NCBI RefSeq assembly: GCF_030144855.1
Contig: NC_082731.1
Coordinates: 20,274,135 to 20,338,000 of the forward strand
Length of the DNA stretch: 63,866 nucleotides
Direction of reading: 5' to 3'
From: Hypanus sabinus
Taxonomy: Eukaryota
Numbering within the stretch: position 1 is the stretch's first letter; each line of letters begins with the position of its first letter. This document shows, in pieces, positions 62,601 to 63,866 of the stretch. The notes beneath the pieces were generated by a model, which worked only from the letters and a program-made list of their open reading frames with translations, had not been told where the DNA came from and ran no database searches. A program made the position numbers and the translations under genes.

Positions 62601-63866
62601 TATGGTAGAATGAGAAATATTGACGACGGAATCTGAAGACAGTTACGCTCAGTAGCAATGAGGAACAGAAGTAGATTGGCCACTTTCAGCAGTTGCGGCC
62701 AGCGATCGCCTGTTAAATTCGGCCAGGATTTGCAACCAGGGAGAGGTCGTTTTAGTAATTGAAATGAAGACCACCCGAACCCCTTATTGTACATCGATGA
62801 GAGGGCCTGTGAGCCTTATGAATTTACTTTACTGCAGCCCCTGGAAAAAGAGTTTTAGCTACCAGATAATGGAGCGATGGACAAGCAATTAACTTAGATC
62901 CAATCAGTCAGCAAAGGAAGAACCAACAGGCATACCCATGAAAGCTGCATTTCTAAAGACTGTTGTTCACTTTTCTAGACAAACTCTCTGCTTAGCATTT
63001 TCAAGGTACCAATTAGGTATGATAGGGTATATGTACAAACGCCTGCAGGAATTATGGGAAATTCCGACGGAGGGCATTTTTGCTGCGCAGTTTGAGTAGA
63101 TCTTCCTTAAGAATGGCCTTTCGTCCAGATAATTATATCTGCCCGTGGTGCCGGAAGCAGGAAATGGTCGAGAGAATTTTAGATCAGGCACATGTGGCGA
63201 TAAATGTAATTGACTTCTGCGACTAGCCTTCAGAATCGAATATGCATTTTGGATTATTTTAGAATGCAGCTCTGAACAAATGGTTCCTCAACGCCGCAGA
63301 CAATCGGACCAGACAATCCTGATTAAAATGCATTTTGATGTCTGTGGTATGGGTGCGAATCGTGAGGTGTGAGGTTTGTGTGTGCTTATAATGAAAGCAT
63401 TGTGGGTGAATTGTAAATATCGGATTGTCCTTTGATGGTTAGTACATAATATATGAGGTAGCTTGGGCAACGAGTCTTTCAACAGAAAGGGACTTAATAC
63501 AGTATATTGCTCGCTGTATCTTGTTTTTTTTTCAAAAAAAAACTCACCCTGATTATACTATAATCGGCTGTCGTTTTCAGGTACGTCGTTTGCTCCACCC
63601 TCTCCTAAGGGACTCCTCTAGCTGCTGCCTCCCGTCCGCTTTCCGCGGGGATTGCTCTTTCTGCAATTGCTTTTCAACCGTAATCACCACTAATATTCAA
63701 TTAAGCATTTACACTTGTAAGTGGCTGGATAATTACACCTGCCTCACTACCATTGAGTGCCGAATACGCTTTGCCTACTTCCTGCCTCAGTGGCATGTCC
63801 TCCGTTGGCCGGAGGGACGACATGCGGAGAAAATTGCATCTGAATTCAGATTCAGTTTATTGTCAT

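Larger units (their letters stand above)
35872..63866. repeat. Near-identical ~5.82-kb tandem array (about 4.8 units, A-B-A-B-A), running past the window end
   Basis: ATG spacings are 5818, 5827, 5817 and 6115 (the last includes 200 N and a 90-bp overlap). The ORF track repeats with the same periods. Confidence 0.95.

Overview
Eukaryotic genomic DNA, most likely from a cartilaginous fish and probably a ray. This is inferred from the repeat families, not proven. The window is part of a T-cell receptor alpha/delta variable (TRAV/TRDV-type) gene array. It holds seven apparently intact V segments of one family, all on the + strand, with ATGs at 680, 21857, 35579, 41397, 47224, 53041 and 59156. 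Each has a back-to-back CCAAT promoter, a 46-nt leader exon, an 86-nt GT-AG intron, a 301-nt V exon and a 23-bp-spacer RSS. I saw no D, J or C segment. The DNA between genes is built from duplicated, decayed repeat modules at nested scales. V1-V2 (21.2 kb) and V2-V3 (13.7 kb) are diverged copies of one super-unit carrying a tRNA-Leu(TAA) gene, intact in one copy and decayed in the other. From inside the V3 exon to the window end runs a near-perfect ~5.82-kb tandem array whose units alternate A-B-A-B-A, an 11.64-kb higher-order repeat. Copy-specific insertions include a 5'-intact but 3'-deleted CR1 LINE, a 1.54-kb solo LTR with a CACTT target-site duplication and a 27-bp minisatellite, a CR1 3' fragment and a tRNA-derived SINE. 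There are seven N runs, and the one at 55999-56198 looks like a contig join inside the array, so copy number needs read-level confirmation. Nearly all other ORFs in the track are spurious.
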